IMG/VR virus record: IMGVR_UViG_3300022745_000021
Span: 40,960 to 104,959 of that record
DNA length: 64,000 bases
Direction: 5' to 3' (one strand)
DNA from: a virus
Shown: piece by piece, positions 9,834 to 18,840 of the stretch
Position numbering within the stretch: the stretch's first letter is position 1
How the letters are laid out: the number at the start of each line of letters is the position of its first letter
Notes under the pieces: generated by a model
Databases searched by the model: none
Told to the model about the DNA's origin: nothing
The model's input: only the letters and a program-made list of their open reading frames with translations
Translations under genes and position numbers: made by a program

Positions 9834-10186
9834 GCGTCATCCTCCGGTGTCTTGGCGCGCACCACCAGCAAAGCGTTGTTGGCGAACACATCGACGTATT
9901 CCAGCCACAGCCCTTGCTCGGCAAGGTAGACGTGATTGGCCTCCATCACCGCGCCCGGGAGCGTGAACGGGGTGACTTCCTCGGTCCACTTCTCGCCGAC
10001 CACCATCAGCGCCGGGCGGGTGCCCTGTGACCCCTCCAACTTGCCGATCTGCACGTCCAGCGCCGGGCCGACGTTCTTGAGGGCGACGCGCGCTTTCTGT
10101 TCGGGGGTAAGCGGTAGCTTGGTAACCATGGTGCGGGTATCTCCGTTGTCTGTCCCTGACCATACCACGCACGCGGTATTACGCAA
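9830..10186 (-). CDS. hypothetical protein (start may be ATG 10129)
   Basis: ORF track; GGAG SD precedes MVTKLP. Confidence 0.55.
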   Translation of the reverse strand: MRNTACVVWSGTDNGDTRTMVTKLPLTPEQKARVALKNVGPALDVQIGKLEGSQGTRPALMVVGEKWTEEVTPFTLPGAVMEANHVYLAEQGLWLEYVDVFANNALLVVRAKTPEDDA

Positions 10187-10223
10187 GCGAAAAAGCGCGC
10201 CCTAGTTGCAACTGGTTGCAAAC

Positions 10224-10493
10224 TTACTCCCCACGCGCCACGCTGGTGGCCTGCCCCGCCGCGAAGATGCCTTCCCAGAACCGCCACTGGTCATCGCTGC
10301 CGACAAGCTCGACCTCGGGGCCGTGCCCATGGGCCGCCCGCCACAGATCGCCGATCCAGCGGCGCACCTTGAGGCGTTCCGGCGGCAACGGGGTAGGGAT
10401 CAGCAGTTGATCCAGCGGCAGGCCGGGGGTCGGCTTCGTGCGGGTGACGTCGGCAGCGCTGCCGCGCGGATGTTCATTGGTGGTAGCGGGCAT
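10224..10493 (-). CDS. hypothetical protein
   Basis: MPATTNE start with GAGGAGACC SD. Confidence 0.6.
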   Translation of the reverse strand: MPATTNEHPRGSAADVTRTKPTPGLPLDQLLIPTPLPPERLKVRRWIGDLWRAAHGHGPEVELVGSDDQWRFWEGIFAAGQATSVARGE

Positions 10494-10578
10494 AGTTATG
10501 GGTCTCCTCGGATGTGGGACTACCTTAGCAGGGCGGGGCAGCCCTCGCCACCCCTGCCCTGCCCCGGTGTCGGTCGGA

Positions 10579-10983
10579 TCACGCCGCCTTGGCGAGCTTG
10601 GCGGCTGCCGTGGTGATGCAGCCAAAGCCGAGCAGCCGCACCTCGGCGGTCGCGGCATCGACGACGACGTAGCGGTTGCTGGTGTGGCACACGACGTAGA
10701 CGGTCCGGCCGACGGTGGTGCGCACCTTGCCCAGCACGGCCGAACGCGGCACGCCGTAGCGCTCGCAGGTATTCTGGATGGTTTCCTCGACCTTGGCCGC
10801 CATGTCCACCGGGGCCATCACCCCGTTGGGGTACGCCTTGTCGAACCTGGCGCGCAGCACGATCGGGTTGGCGTCGTAGTCGCGGGCCACCTCGGTGATG
10901 GACTGGTCGAGGTCCTTGCCGTTGCGGACGTCCATGGTGACGTCGAGCAGCAGGTCGTTCCAGTTGATCGGGGTCTGGGTCAT
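10579..10983 (-). CDS. hypothetical early protein
   Basis: MTQTPINW start directly after module copy 2. Confidence 0.7.
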   Translation of the reverse strand: MTQTPINWNDLLLDVTMDVRNGKDLDQSITEVARDYDANPIVLRARFDKAYPNGVMAPVDMAAKVEETIQNTCERYGVPRSAVLGKVRTTVGRTVYVVCHTSNRYVVVDAATAEVRLLGFGCITTAAAKLAKAA

Positions 10984-11085
10984 CGTTGGTCTCCTCGGTA
11001 ATCGGTCTGGCCTGCCTGCCGTTCCGATGCCCCCTTGTACCACGCTGGCGGTGCACGTCAACAGAAAAGTGCAACCGGGTTGCAA
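10984..11085 (-). promoter_or_regulatory. early expression module copy 2
   Basis: TTGCAACCCGGTTGCA-CTTTTCTG-TTGACG-TGCACCGCCAGCGTGG-TACAAG..ATCGGAACGGC AGGCAG GCCAGACCGAT..GAGGAGACC. Confidence 0.8.
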
Positions 11086-11086
11086 A

Positions 11087-11266
11087 TTATTCGTCGCCCC
11101 CGGGCGTCGCGGCGAGTGCAGCCTGCGCGTCCTCGAAGGTGTCAGCGTGGCCCAGCACGTCGAAGACATCCTTGCGGCGGTTGCCCGGGTTCGGCCGGTG
11201 CGTGCCATAGTCGTACCCGTCCGCGCCGTCGCGGCGATTGGTGGCGGTGATGAACGTGCGAAGCAT
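11087..11266 (-). CDS. small hypothetical protein
   Basis: MLRTFIT start, GGAG SD. Confidence 0.5.
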   Translation of the reverse strand: MLRTFITATNRRDGADGYDYGTHRPNPGNRRKDVFDVLGHADTFEDAQAALAATPGGDE

Positions 11267-11297
11267 GGGGGTCACTCCCGTTGCAACTGGTTGCAGC

Positions 11298-11327
11298 AAA
11301 AAGGGGAGAGGATCGCTCCCCTCCCCC
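11298..11327 (-). terminator. intrinsic terminator
   Basis: Minus strand GGGGAGGGGAGCGATCCTCTCCCC followed by a T-run. Confidence 0.7.
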
Positions 11328-11343
11328 GGTTGGATCGGCTGGA

Positions 11344-11646
11344 TCAGGCGACGGCCAGCGCGTGGACCTGTTCTGCGGTCAGCGTGGGGGCCAGCTTCTT
11401 TTCCTCGCGGGCCAGCTTCACGAACGGCTGGAGGTACTTGTAGACGTTGTTCTTTGCCTTGAACTCGGACTTGGTCTTGCCGATCAGCGCCAGCACCTCG
11501 TCGCGCGTCATGTCAGCGGCGTCGAGCATCGCCAGCAGAATGTCCCAGCCCCGGCCGTTGTCCTTGTAGGTCTCGGCGTGGGCGACGACGACGGCGAACA
11601 GGTCGGCGGCGGGGACGATCGCGGGAACAGTGGCTTCGATGGTCAT
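11344..11646 (-). CDS. hypothetical early protein
   Basis: Follows module copy 3. Confidence 0.7.
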   Translation of the reverse strand: MTIEATVPAIVPAADLFAVVVAHAETYKDNGRGWDILLAMLDAADMTRDEVLALIGKTKSEFKAKNNVYKYLQPFVKLAREEKKLAPTLTAEQVHALAVA

Positions 11647-11741
11647 GGTAGGTCTCCTCTATCAGCGGGGCGGTGGCCTGCCTGCCAACCGCTCTTGATG
11701 TCTGATAGTACCACGCTGGCGGTACACGTCAACCGAAAAAA
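11647..11741 (-). promoter_or_regulatory. early expression module copy 3
   Basis: TTGACG-TGTACCGCCAGCGTGG-TACTAT; hairpin GCGG-T-TGGC AGGCAG GCCA-CCGC; SD GAGGAGACC. Confidence 0.8.
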
Positions 11742-11900
11742 GCACGGGCGCACCAATTATTTTCCCGGGGTCCGAAATTCAGGCGCGCGACGGCATGTCA
11801 GTTTTTCGCACCACACTGGCGGTATGATGCAGCCACGTCCACGGTATGGGTGGGCGGTATGGGTCACGGTATGGGCGTAGTTGCAACCGGGTTGCAATAC

Positions 11901-12254
11901 CTACCCTAGGTCGATCACCCGACGCATACGGGTGTCACGGGTGTGCACCCTCGGTCCACGTTCCCACTCATCCCGTCGGCAGTTCCACAGCAACTCGTCA
12001 TTGCCGTCTGGTCGCTTGACTGCGACAGCGAAGCGATAGTGGTTCAGTGCGTATACGGTCCCCTGCACAAGGTGCGAGTTGGTTGACAGGATGCGTCCCG
12101 GCCTCTCCGGGTGTGGGTAGTCCGCGAAGTACCCGCATATCACGGGTACACGGCTATGGACGATCTCTCCGTCCTTGAAGGGGTGGGTGTTCTCCGCGCC
12201 CTCCTGCTGTGGATCGTCTCCCGCGCGTTCGGTGAAGTCGAGTTGCCGTGCCAT
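11901..12254 (-). CDS. hypothetical protein
   Basis: ORF track; atypical codon usage. Confidence 0.55.
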   Translation of the reverse strand: MARQLDFTERAGDDPQQEGAENTHPFKDGEIVHSRVPVICGYFADYPHPERPGRILSTNSHLVQGTVYALNHYRFAVAVKRPDGNDELLWNCRRDEWERGPRVHTRDTRMRRVIDLG

Positions 12255-12255
12255 G

Positions 12256-12462
12256 TCAGTCCGTATCCAGCTTCCGTCTGATCCTGCGTCCTATGGTGTT
12301 ACGTGTGCTCGGTGTCCTCTGCGCCTCACTGGTTTGGCTTTCCCCCGCGCCCTGCACGTCGTTGGTCACTGCGTCAGCTTCCCCGCGCGTTTGTCGGCCC
12401 GCATGATCCCGGTAGGCGATCACGACGTTCAGCAGCGCGTTGAGCAGTCGGAATACCATCAT
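12256..12462 (-). CDS. small hypothetical protein
   Basis: ORF track, GGGAG SD. Confidence 0.5.
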   Translation of the reverse strand: MMVFRLLNALLNVVIAYRDHAGRQTRGEADAVTNDVQGAGESQTSEAQRTPSTRNTIGRRIRRKLDTD

Positions 12463-12480
12463 GGGTGATCTCCCCGCGCG

Positions 12481-12996
12481 TCAGTCAAGGTCGATGATCC
12501 TCTTGGTGCGCTTGCGGGTGTTCTCCCGCGCGTTGCGTTCGGTCTCGATCTCCGCTTTGGTCTCTCCCCGGCGCCGTTCGTAGGCGAGCAGCATCGTGCG
12601 CAAGTGCAGGTCTGCCTTCGGCCCCAGCGTCACGTGCACGTCCAGCGTCATCATGTCGCGCTCGGTTGCGATCAGTCCCTGCGCCTCTGCGTTGCGGATG
12701 GCCCACGCGCTGTCGCGGTCACGATCGGTCATACCAAACGCCACCACCACCTTGCCGTCGAGGTAGGCGTCCAGTAGGAGGTCGGCGATGTCTATCCTGT
12801 CGCGTGATCTCCCCGGTCGGCGTTCCTCGCGCAGTTGCTTGGCGGCTGCCAGCAGGCGGTGGCCTAGCTCGTTCTCCTCGCGCTGCATTGCAGCCAGTTG
12901 CAACATTTGGTCATCGGACAAGCTCGTGGAGGGCACGCCCAACGCGGCCAACCGGTCCAGTTCTGCGCGTAGGCGGCTGCGGCCTTCGGGCGACAT
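12481..12996 (-). CDS. hypothetical protein
   Basis: MSPEGRS start with TGATG coupling. Confidence 0.6.
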   Translation of the reverse strand: MSPEGRSRLRAELDRLAALGVPSTSLSDDQMLQLAAMQREENELGHRLLAAAKQLREERRPGRSRDRIDIADLLLDAYLDGKVVVAFGMTDRDRDSAWAIRNAEAQGLIATERDMMTLDVHVTLGPKADLHLRTMLLAYERRRGETKAEIETERNARENTRKRTKRIIDLD

Positions 12997-13202
12997 CAGT
13001 CTTCGTCCTCGTCTTCGGCGTTCCCCGCGCCCGGCGACACGACGGTGCAGGTGTAAACCGGCACGCGCTCGATCGTGCATTCCAGCGCGACGCCGCAACC
13101 CTCGCACACGGTCACGCTCTTGTGGTGGTCGTGGTAGCATTCCGGGCACGTGTACCGGTTGTCCCACGGGGTGTTGGTGAGTTGGTCTCCGACTGCCATC
13201 AT
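12996..13202 (-). CDS. small zinc-ribbon protein
   Basis: CPEC..CEGC motif, acidic tail. Confidence 0.55.
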   Translation of the reverse strand: MMAVGDQLTNTPWDNRYTCPECYHDHHKSVTVCEGCGVALECTIERVPVYTCTVVSPGAGNAEDEDED

Positions 13203-13513
13203 GCGTCTCCCTGCGCGGGCAGATAGTGCCGCCTGCGCATTTCCCTGCCGTACTCGATACCGGTGGCGATCCACCACGACGCCGGCATGTCGCCAAGGTA
13301 GGGGATCATTTCACTGCGGTCGTCGCTGACCCACGTGTCCCCCGCGCCCGGCTTGAGGCTGGTCGGGCGGTACTGGTTCGCCTTGCGCTCGGCAGCGTCG
13401 GTGGGGAAAAGGCCGTTGTCGAACGAGTAGTAGTGGTAGCCCTCCCCGCGCACCAGTTCGACGCACGGCTCCACGCGCTGGATGCGCTCGTTGATCTGTT
13501 TCAGCGTCGCCAT
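13199..13513 (-). CDS. hypothetical protein
   Basis: ORF track, GGAGG SD. Confidence 0.65.
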   Translation of the reverse strand: MATLKQINERIQRVEPCVELVRGEGYHYYSFDNGLFPTDAAERKANQYRPTSLKPGAGDTWVSDDRSEMIPYLGDMPASWWIATGIEYGREMRRRHYLPAQGDA

Positions 13514-13516
13514 GCG

Positions 13517-13810
13517 TCAGCCCTCCGTTACGCGGTAGCTGGCAATACCCTCGCGATCGGAGCGCGTCGAGTAGACCAGCATGAAGCGGTCGTTCGGGTC
13601 TTCGGCCGATGCGGCGACGCCGTTGGCGTAATCGCCGATCTTCATGGCCTGCCCCGCGTTCGCCGCGCGGATCGACAGGTAGACCTCACCCATCACGGGG
13701 ATGAACGCAACCTCGGGCTGGTCGGCGCCGACGAAAGCAGCGGCATCGTTGATCGCACGCTGCACGACGGTCATCACCCGGGCGGCACGGAAAAGGCTTT
13801 CGGTCTGCAT
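13517..13810 (-). CDS. hypothetical early protein
   Basis: MQTESLF start after module copy 4. Confidence 0.65.
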   Translation of the reverse strand: MQTESLFRAARVMTVVQRAINDAAAFVGADQPEVAFIPVMGEVYLSIRAANAGQAMKIGDYANGVAASAEDPNDRFMLVYSTRSDREGIASYRVTEG

Positions 13811-13920
13811 CGTTGGTCTCCTCGGTCCCGGTCGGCCTGCCTGCCTGCCCGGTGAAATCACCTTAGAACATGTGGGTTGCAACGCAAGCGAAATCTGCCG
13901 GCGTTGCAACCCGGTTGCAA
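13811..13920 (-). promoter_or_regulatory. early expression module copy 4
   Basis: Palindrome 13905-13919; hairpin CCGG..GGC AGGCAG GCC..CCGG; SD GAGGAGACC. Confidence 0.7.
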
Positions 13921-13931
13921 ATTGTTGCCCG

Positions 13932-14141
13932 TCACGCGTGGGCGTGTGACCAGCGGTAGCTGGCCTCCAACCCGGACGGCTTGCCCTCGATCATCCAGCG
14001 CCCGTCGGTGTCGGGGTGCAGGCGGTCGTTGGCCTGTGCCATGGCGCGCAAGCTGTTCGGCGCTTCCACCTCGCAGGACCGGGTTGCCCCCGCGCCCTGC
14101 GGCTGGAACGTGAAACGGTAGCGCTTGGTGGTCCCGTTCAT
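13932..14141 (-). CDS. small hypothetical protein
   Basis: MNGTTKR start, ATGA overlap. Confidence 0.55.
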   Translation of the reverse strand: MNGTTKRYRFTFQPQGAGATRSCEVEAPNSLRAMAQANDRLHPDTDGRWMIEGKPSGLEASYRWSHAHA

Positions 14142-14647
14142 GCCACCGCCTCCAGACCTTCGCGGCTGGCGAACCACGCCGGGACCGTAGCACGGGCGAC
14201 GGCGTCATCCTCGGGCCAGCCCTCGACGAACGAGATCAGCGAGCGCGGCACCCAAACGCGCTTCCCGTAGCGAGCGCGCTGCGGCAGCACGTCCACGAAC
14301 AGCGCCTTGGCGCTTTCCTTCTGGATCGCCACCTCGACCACCACCGGCGCCGGGTCCTCGCGCTCGGGCTTGGCCGGGGCCGCCTCGGCGCGCACGGCAT
14401 CAACCGTGAAGTCGTCCAGCTTGGCGGCGGCCTGCTTGCGGTACTTGACCGCGAGCTTCTGCGCGGCGGCGAACTGGCGATCGGACCAGCCGAAGCGCTG
14501 ACCCTTCTCGATCAGATCGCGGGCGAAGCCGGCGTCGTAGCCGGAAAAGCCCTTGCCGTCGTCGGAGCGCGCGCCGTCGCAGTCGCCGCGAACGGCCAGC
14601 AGCGCGCGGAACGTGAGGGTGTCGGTCAGGGTGATCGTGGTGCTCAT
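14138..14647 (-). CDS. hypothetical early protein (DG.GFS..DA.FA motif)
   Basis: MSTTITL start after module copy 5. Confidence 0.7.
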   Translation of the reverse strand: MSTTITLTDTLTFRALLAVRGDCDGARSDDGKGFSGYDAGFARDLIEKGQRFGWSDRQFAAAQKLAVKYRKQAAAKLDDFTVDAVRAEAAPAKPEREDPAPVVVEVAIQKESAKALFVDVLPQRARYGKRVWVPRSLISFVEGWPEDDAVARATVPAWFASREGLEAVA

Positions 14648-14757
14648 GGTCGGTCTCCTCGGGTGGTCGGGCCTGCCTGCCCGGCCGATGTCTCTACGTA
14701 CCATGCGGGCGGTACATGTCAAGCGTGATCGACGAGAAAAGTGCAACCGGGTTGCAA
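14648..14757 (-). promoter_or_regulatory. early expression module copy 5
   Basis: Palindrome 14742-14756; TTGACA-TGTACCGCCCGCATGG-TACGTA; CGGGC AGGCAG GCCCG; SD. Confidence 0.8.
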
Positions 14758-14761
14758 AATG

Positions 14762-14977
14762 TTAGGCCCTGCCCTCCTGCATGGCGCGCACCACGTCGAG
14801 CTTGCCGTAGTGCGCCAGCGCCAGTCGCGCCGTGTGGCTGGTAGCCCTGCCGTGGATCGGTTCGCGGCCATTGACCCACGGGCCATCGGGAAGCAGCCGC
14901 ACGCGGTAGGAGAACATCCCCCGTCCGCGCATCGGCGTCGTCTCGAACTCCATGCCGTTGACGGCGATGCGGGCCAT
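14762..14977 (-). CDS. small hypothetical protein
   Basis: ORF track, GGAG SD. Confidence 0.6.
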   Translation of the reverse strand: MARIAVNGMEFETTPMRGRGMFSYRVRLLPDGPWVNGREPIHGRATSHTARLALAHYGKLDVVRAMQEGRA

Positions 14978-14980
14978 GGA

Positions 14981-15433
14981 TCAGGCTCCCCCGTGATCGC
15001 AGCCGGGGCGCAGGTTGCCGTCATCGTCGTAGTCGGGATCATCGTCCCCGTCGTCATCCTCGTCGCCGAGCACGCGGGTCGGAAAGTCCGGCTGGCCGGG
15101 CACCTCGATCTCGACCAGTTCGCAGGCGGCGGTGACGGCCGACATCATGGCGTCGTCTTCCCCGTCGAGGGCGTCCTCCCATGCCGGCGTGTTCGTCGCC
15201 TCGTCGATCAGGTCGATGACGACGCTGCGGACGCGCTCGGGGATGGCCCCCGGCCCGCCGTCCAGCACGCGCTGCCCGTAGGCGATGGCATCATGGATCG
15301 CGGTCACCGCTTCCTCGCACTCGGGCGCGTCGGTGTAGTAGTCCCCGGTCGCCTTGGCGATCAGGTTTTCGAGTGCGTCACGCAGCTTGAGGTTCTCCTC
15401 GGCGAGGTCGGGCTGGGTGTTGGTGTCGGTCAT
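14981..15433 (-). CDS. acidic hypothetical protein
   Basis: MTDTNTQ start, GGAGG SD. Confidence 0.65.
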   Translation of the reverse strand: MTDTNTQPDLAEENLKLRDALENLIAKATGDYYTDAPECEEAVTAIHDAIAYGQRVLDGGPGAIPERVRSVVIDLIDEATNTPAWEDALDGEDDAMMSAVTAACELVEIEVPGQPDFPTRVLGDEDDDGDDDPDYDDDGNLRPGCDHGGA

Positions 15434-15437
15434 GGTC

Positions 15438-15857
15438 TTACGCCTCCACGTAGTCGGCTTCAAAGCCGGTGGTCAGGTTGATGCGGGCGGGGAGCTTGTA
15501 GTGGTCACGCGCCTTGGTCGTGATCCAGAAGCGGTTGCAGGTCTTGTAGGGGTTGTAGGTGTGGTCCTTGACCACGTAGCCCATCTGAACGAGCGCGTTG
15601 AACGCCAGCTGGCCCATTTCCTCCAGCGTCTCGATCGTGTCGATCACGCGCTTGGTGAGGAGGAACGTGCGGACCTCGTCGTACATCGGGCGCGACTGGC
15701 GCACGCGGCGGCCCTTGGCGTCGATCTCGTAGGTTTCCTCGGCCGGCTGGCTGATCGCCTTGGCGAGGATGGCGGTCGCCTTGCGGTTGGCGTCGCGCTC
15801 ACGGGCGGCGGCGCGGTTGGCGAGCACACGGGCGGAAACGGTCGTCTCGAAGGTCAT
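15438..15857 (-). CDS. hypothetical early protein
   Basis: Follows module copy 6. Confidence 0.7.
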   Translation of the reverse strand: MTFETTVSARVLANRAAARERDANRKATAILAKAISQPAEETYEIDAKGRRVRQSRPMYDEVRTFLLTKRVIDTIETLEEMGQLAFNALVQMGYVVKDHTYNPYKTCNRFWITTKARDHYKLPARINLTTGFEADYVEA

Positions 15858-15945
15858 CGTCGGTCTCCTCGTTGGGGTGGGCCTGCCTGCCCGTCCCCGT
15901 TGATGTCCCTACGTACCATGCTGGCGGTACACGTCAAGCAAAAAA
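15858..15945 (-). promoter_or_regulatory. early expression module copy 6
   Basis: TTGACG-TGTACCGCCAGCATGG-TACGTA; GGGG-AC-GGGC AGGCAG GCCC-A-CCCC; SD. Confidence 0.8.
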
Positions 15946-15975
15946 GTGAGTGGGCGGGGATTTTTTCGCCCACTC
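15941..15975 (-). terminator. intrinsic terminator abutting the next promoter
   Basis: GAGTGGGCG/CGCCCACTC stem followed by a T-run on the minus strand. Confidence 0.55.
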
Positions 15976-15982
15976 GTGTTGG

Positions 15983-16429
15983 TCAGGCCGCCTTGCGGGT
16001 GTCGGTGGTGGCGGACAGGTTCTCGCCGTAGTGGTCGTCCACGGCATCGCGGACCGCCTGCACCTCGCGCTCGGTCGGCGCGCGGGAGAACATGAACTCA
16101 AGGTCCAGTTCCATCCCCTGCCAGTCGAGGATCAGGTTGTTGGTGCCCGAGCCGTCGCCCTCGTGGTCGTAGTAGATTTCCGCGTTGCGCGTGGGATCAT
16201 GCGCGTCGATCAGCGCGAACGTCCGGTTGCCCAGTTCGACCAGCGCGTGGTCGGCCGGCTCCCAGACCTTGACGACGGTGGCGTGCAGCGGGGCCAGCAC
16301 CACGTCGCGCTTGAACATGGCGCGGCCGATCGGACCGGACATCAGTTCGGTCACCGATGCGTAGAGCGAGCGGGTCGCGGCGTTGCGGGCGCGGTTCTCG
16401 GCGATAGCGGCTTGGACGTCGTAAGTCAT
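15983..16429 (-). CDS. hypothetical early protein
   Basis: MTYDVQA start after module copy 7. Confidence 0.7.
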   Translation of the reverse strand: MTYDVQAAIAENRARNAATRSLYASVTELMSGPIGRAMFKRDVVLAPLHATVVKVWEPADHALVELGNRTFALIDAHDPTRNAEIYYDHEGDGSGTNNLILDWQGMELDLEFMFSRAPTEREVQAVRDAVDDHYGENLSATTDTRKAA

Positions 16430-16523
16430 GGTCGGTCTCCTCGGTTGCAGGGCCTGCCTGCCCTGCCCCATCACCATACCGTTATGGCGGTACGATGCAA
16501 GCGAAAAGTACAGCCCGTTGCAA
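16430..16523 (-). promoter_or_regulatory. early expression module copy 7
   Basis: TTGCAT-CGTACCGCCATAACGG-TATGGT; perfect 7-bp stem GCAGGGC AGGCAG GCCCTGC; SD. Confidence 0.8.
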
Positions 16524-16528
16524 ACCGA

Positions 16529-16786
16529 TCAGAGCGCGAGCGGCATCACCCGGTTGGTCGGCTCATAGGTGCCAGTCCGGTCCAGCGCCGTGATCCCGCC
16601 CAGCCTGATCTTGTCCGCCGCGTCACGCCACTCGAACGGCACGGCCGACAAGGGCAGGCGCCGGCCATCCTCGATCAGCAGCAGTTCGCCGCGCATGTGC
16701 AGCGCGCGCACGAACACATCGGCGGGCACGCAGACTTCGGCGATCTCGTCGAGGTTCATGCGAGAGAACGTAGGGGTGCGTGTCAT
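16529..16786 (-). CDS. small hypothetical protein
   Basis: MTRTPTF start, ATGA overlap. Confidence 0.55.
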   Translation of the reverse strand: MTRTPTFSRMNLDEIAEVCVPADVFVRALHMRGELLLIEDGRRLPLSAVPFEWRDAADKIRLGGITALDRTGTYEPTNRVMPLAL

Positions 16787-17034
16787 AAGGCTTCGTCTCC
16801 ATGGCGCGGCTCGGACCAGTCCTCGAACCGGCCGTACTCGAACGTGTCGCGTGCCACCTTGCCGATGTCGTCCTTGCGCGCGATGGCGATGCACTGGCTC
16901 GGGTAGCGTTCGGGTTCGGGGAGCGACGACGCCGCCGCCCACCCGTGTTGCGTCCCGACGACGTGGTAATCGCCGGTGTCCAAGTCAATGACCAGCTTGG
17001 CGTAAATCGGCGCATCGAGCACAAGCGCGGTCAC
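16783..17034 (-). CDS. small hypothetical protein
   Basis: GTG start overlapping the upstream stop. Confidence 0.55.
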   Translation of the reverse strand: MTALVLDAPIYAKLVIDLDTGDYHVVGTQHGWAAASSLPEPERYPSQCIAIARKDDIGKVARDTFEYGRFEDWSEPRHGDEAL

Positions 17035-17249
17035 GGGGTGTTCCCCAGCCGGGCCACCCGGCTCGTCCCTGCAACGCGTTGCACCCGGGTGCGCGGGCGT
17101 TCGGTCAGGAACACCGCGTCGCACTTGCGCACGTCCCCCGGGCCGGGGCCGAACCGGACCGTCGTCCAGCCGCCCTTGACCCGGGGGGAGACCACGACGC
17201 CATCGCCGTACTGGCTGTGCGTCACGCGCTTTCCATAGGAGAGCTTCAC
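17031..17249 (-). CDS. small SH3/Tudor-like hypothetical protein
   Basis: G.RV.H..YG.GVV..TVRF pattern. Confidence 0.5.
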   Translation of the reverse strand: MKLSYGKRVTHSQYGDGVVVSPRVKGGWTTVRFGPGPGDVRKCDAVFLTERPRTRVQRVAGTSRVARLGNTP

Positions 17250-17253
17250 GTGT

Positions 17254-17895
17254 TCAGCCCTCCCGAAGCGGGTCGTTGGGTTTCAGGATCGCGGCCTTGG
17301 CGTCATACGCGTCGGGGTTGGCCTCAAAGTCGTCGCCGGTCTCGAACTCGGGGATCACGTTGCGCGGATCGGACCAGCTGTGGTCGGTCCCGGTCACCCG
17401 GCCCCGGTCGCTGTCGCGGTTGTAGCGCCAGCCGCCCGCGTCCGTCACGGGGTCGTCGAAGCGTGCGCTCTCGTAGTGTGGATGGTCGTGAAGTTCGAGG
17501 CAGGTGACTTCCTTGCCCCCCTGCGTCCTATACGTGTTCCCCACGACAAAAGGCTTGGTCACACGCTGGAAGTGACGGTGCACCGGCGTAGGCGTAGCGG
17601 GGGCGGCTGCCTCGGTCGAGGCGGGGGCCTCGAACAGCCCGGGCCAGAACGTCTTCGGGTCGATCCACATTTCCTCGCGGGACAGGTTCTCGTGTTCCTC
17701 GATCGCCTCGATCACGTCTTCGATCACGGTGTCCGCGTCCAGCGCCGGGTTCTCGTCTTCGTCGGCGTGCGCCTCGTTGTAGTAGGCGATCAGTTCGCCG
17801 CGCAGGTGCTCCTCGTCCGGGTGGATCGAGAAGCGCGGACCAGACGACGTTTCGATGTGGCAGACGATCAGCTTGGGGGTGTTGTTATCGGTCAT
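17254..17895 (-). CDS. two-domain hypothetical protein
   Basis: MTDNNTP start, GGAGG SD. Confidence 0.65.
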   Translation of the reverse strand: MTDNNTPKLIVCHIETSSGPRFSIHPDEEHLRGELIAYYNEAHADEDENPALDADTVIEDVIEAIEEHENLSREEMWIDPKTFWPGLFEAPASTEAAAPATPTPVHRHFQRVTKPFVVGNTYRTQGGKEVTCLELHDHPHYESARFDDPVTDAGGWRYNRDSDRGRVTGTDHSWSDPRNVIPEFETGDDFEANPDAYDAKAAILKPNDPLREG

Positions 17896-17899
17896 GGGA

Positions 17900-18520
17900 T
17901 CAATCCTCCAGTGCAGTGACGTGAACGCTCGCGCTCTCGTCGTCGTTGACGGTAAATTCGGTAACCAGCGGCTGGCCGTAGTCACTGCCGGACAGGCACT
18001 CGTTGGCTTCGCGGACACGCTCGGCCAGCTGCCGGCCGATCTCGGCGGCGTGGTCTTCATCGCGTGCCCCACGCACGATCAGGTTGAGCGTCATGTCAAC
18101 CGACACCGTGAAGTCGCCGGACGCGGGGTCCGGGTCAACGTCGGTGACCAGTCGGGAGAGCTTGAAAACGCCCATGCAGCGCTTACCCATCAGGGTCGGC
18201 GTGCCGTTGAGCGGCGGATAGATGACGGTGTCGGTGTCCTCGGTCAGAAACTTGCCATGGCGGCGACGGATCGAGCGCACGCGGTAGCGCGGGCAGCCCT
18301 CCAGCACGTCCTCACCGATGGCCTCGACGGTGCCGTCAACCCACGCGGCGTACTCGCCGGTGCGGGTGGTGCCGCCGATCTTGCCGTTCGGCATAACGCC
18401 CATAGCGAAGTCGAAGCAACGCACGGTGTCGCCCACGGCGATCGGCTGGTCGAGCATGTCCTTGTCGGCCGACAGGTCGGACAGGGGGATGGCGGGGGTG
18501 ATCTCGGTGAAGGTGGTCAC
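17900..18520 (-). CDS. hypothetical early protein
   Basis: GTG start after module copy 8. Confidence 0.7.
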   Translation of the reverse strand: MTTFTEITPAIPLSDLSADKDMLDQPIAVGDTVRCFDFAMGVMPNGKIGGTTRTGEYAAWVDGTVEAIGEDVLEGCPRYRVRSIRRRHGKFLTEDTDTVIYPPLNGTPTLMGKRCMGVFKLSRLVTDVDPDPASGDFTVSVDMTLNLIVRGARDEDHAAEIGRQLAERVREANECLSGSDYGQPLVTEFTVNDDESASVHVTALED

Positions 18521-18613
18521 GGTCTTGGTCTCCTCGGGCGGCCTGCCTGCCGCCGATGTCTCTACATACCATGCAGGGGGTACGTGTCAAGCGTCAAGTG
18601 CAGCCGGTTGCAA
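18521..18613 (-). promoter_or_regulatory. early expression module copy 8
   Basis: TTGACA-CGTACCCCCTGCATGG-TATGTA; GGCGGC AGGCAG GCCGCC; SD. Confidence 0.8.
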
Positions 18614-18840
18614 CTTGGCGAACACTTTTCCGCGCTTGCGGGGGCGGACCGTGAAGCCCTCCCCCGTGCGGTGCGATCCGCGCTGCGCCAGTTCGGGCAC
18701 CGGCTGGAGCGGTGCCCAGCCCCAGCCGTGCCGGTCCTCGGCCAGTCGGAACGCGTGGCCGATCCGGGCCTCCGCGCCGTAGCACAGCCGGGCGTTGTCG
18801 AGCGCAGCCGCACGTGAGGCGAACCGGGCGGCGGTCAGGG

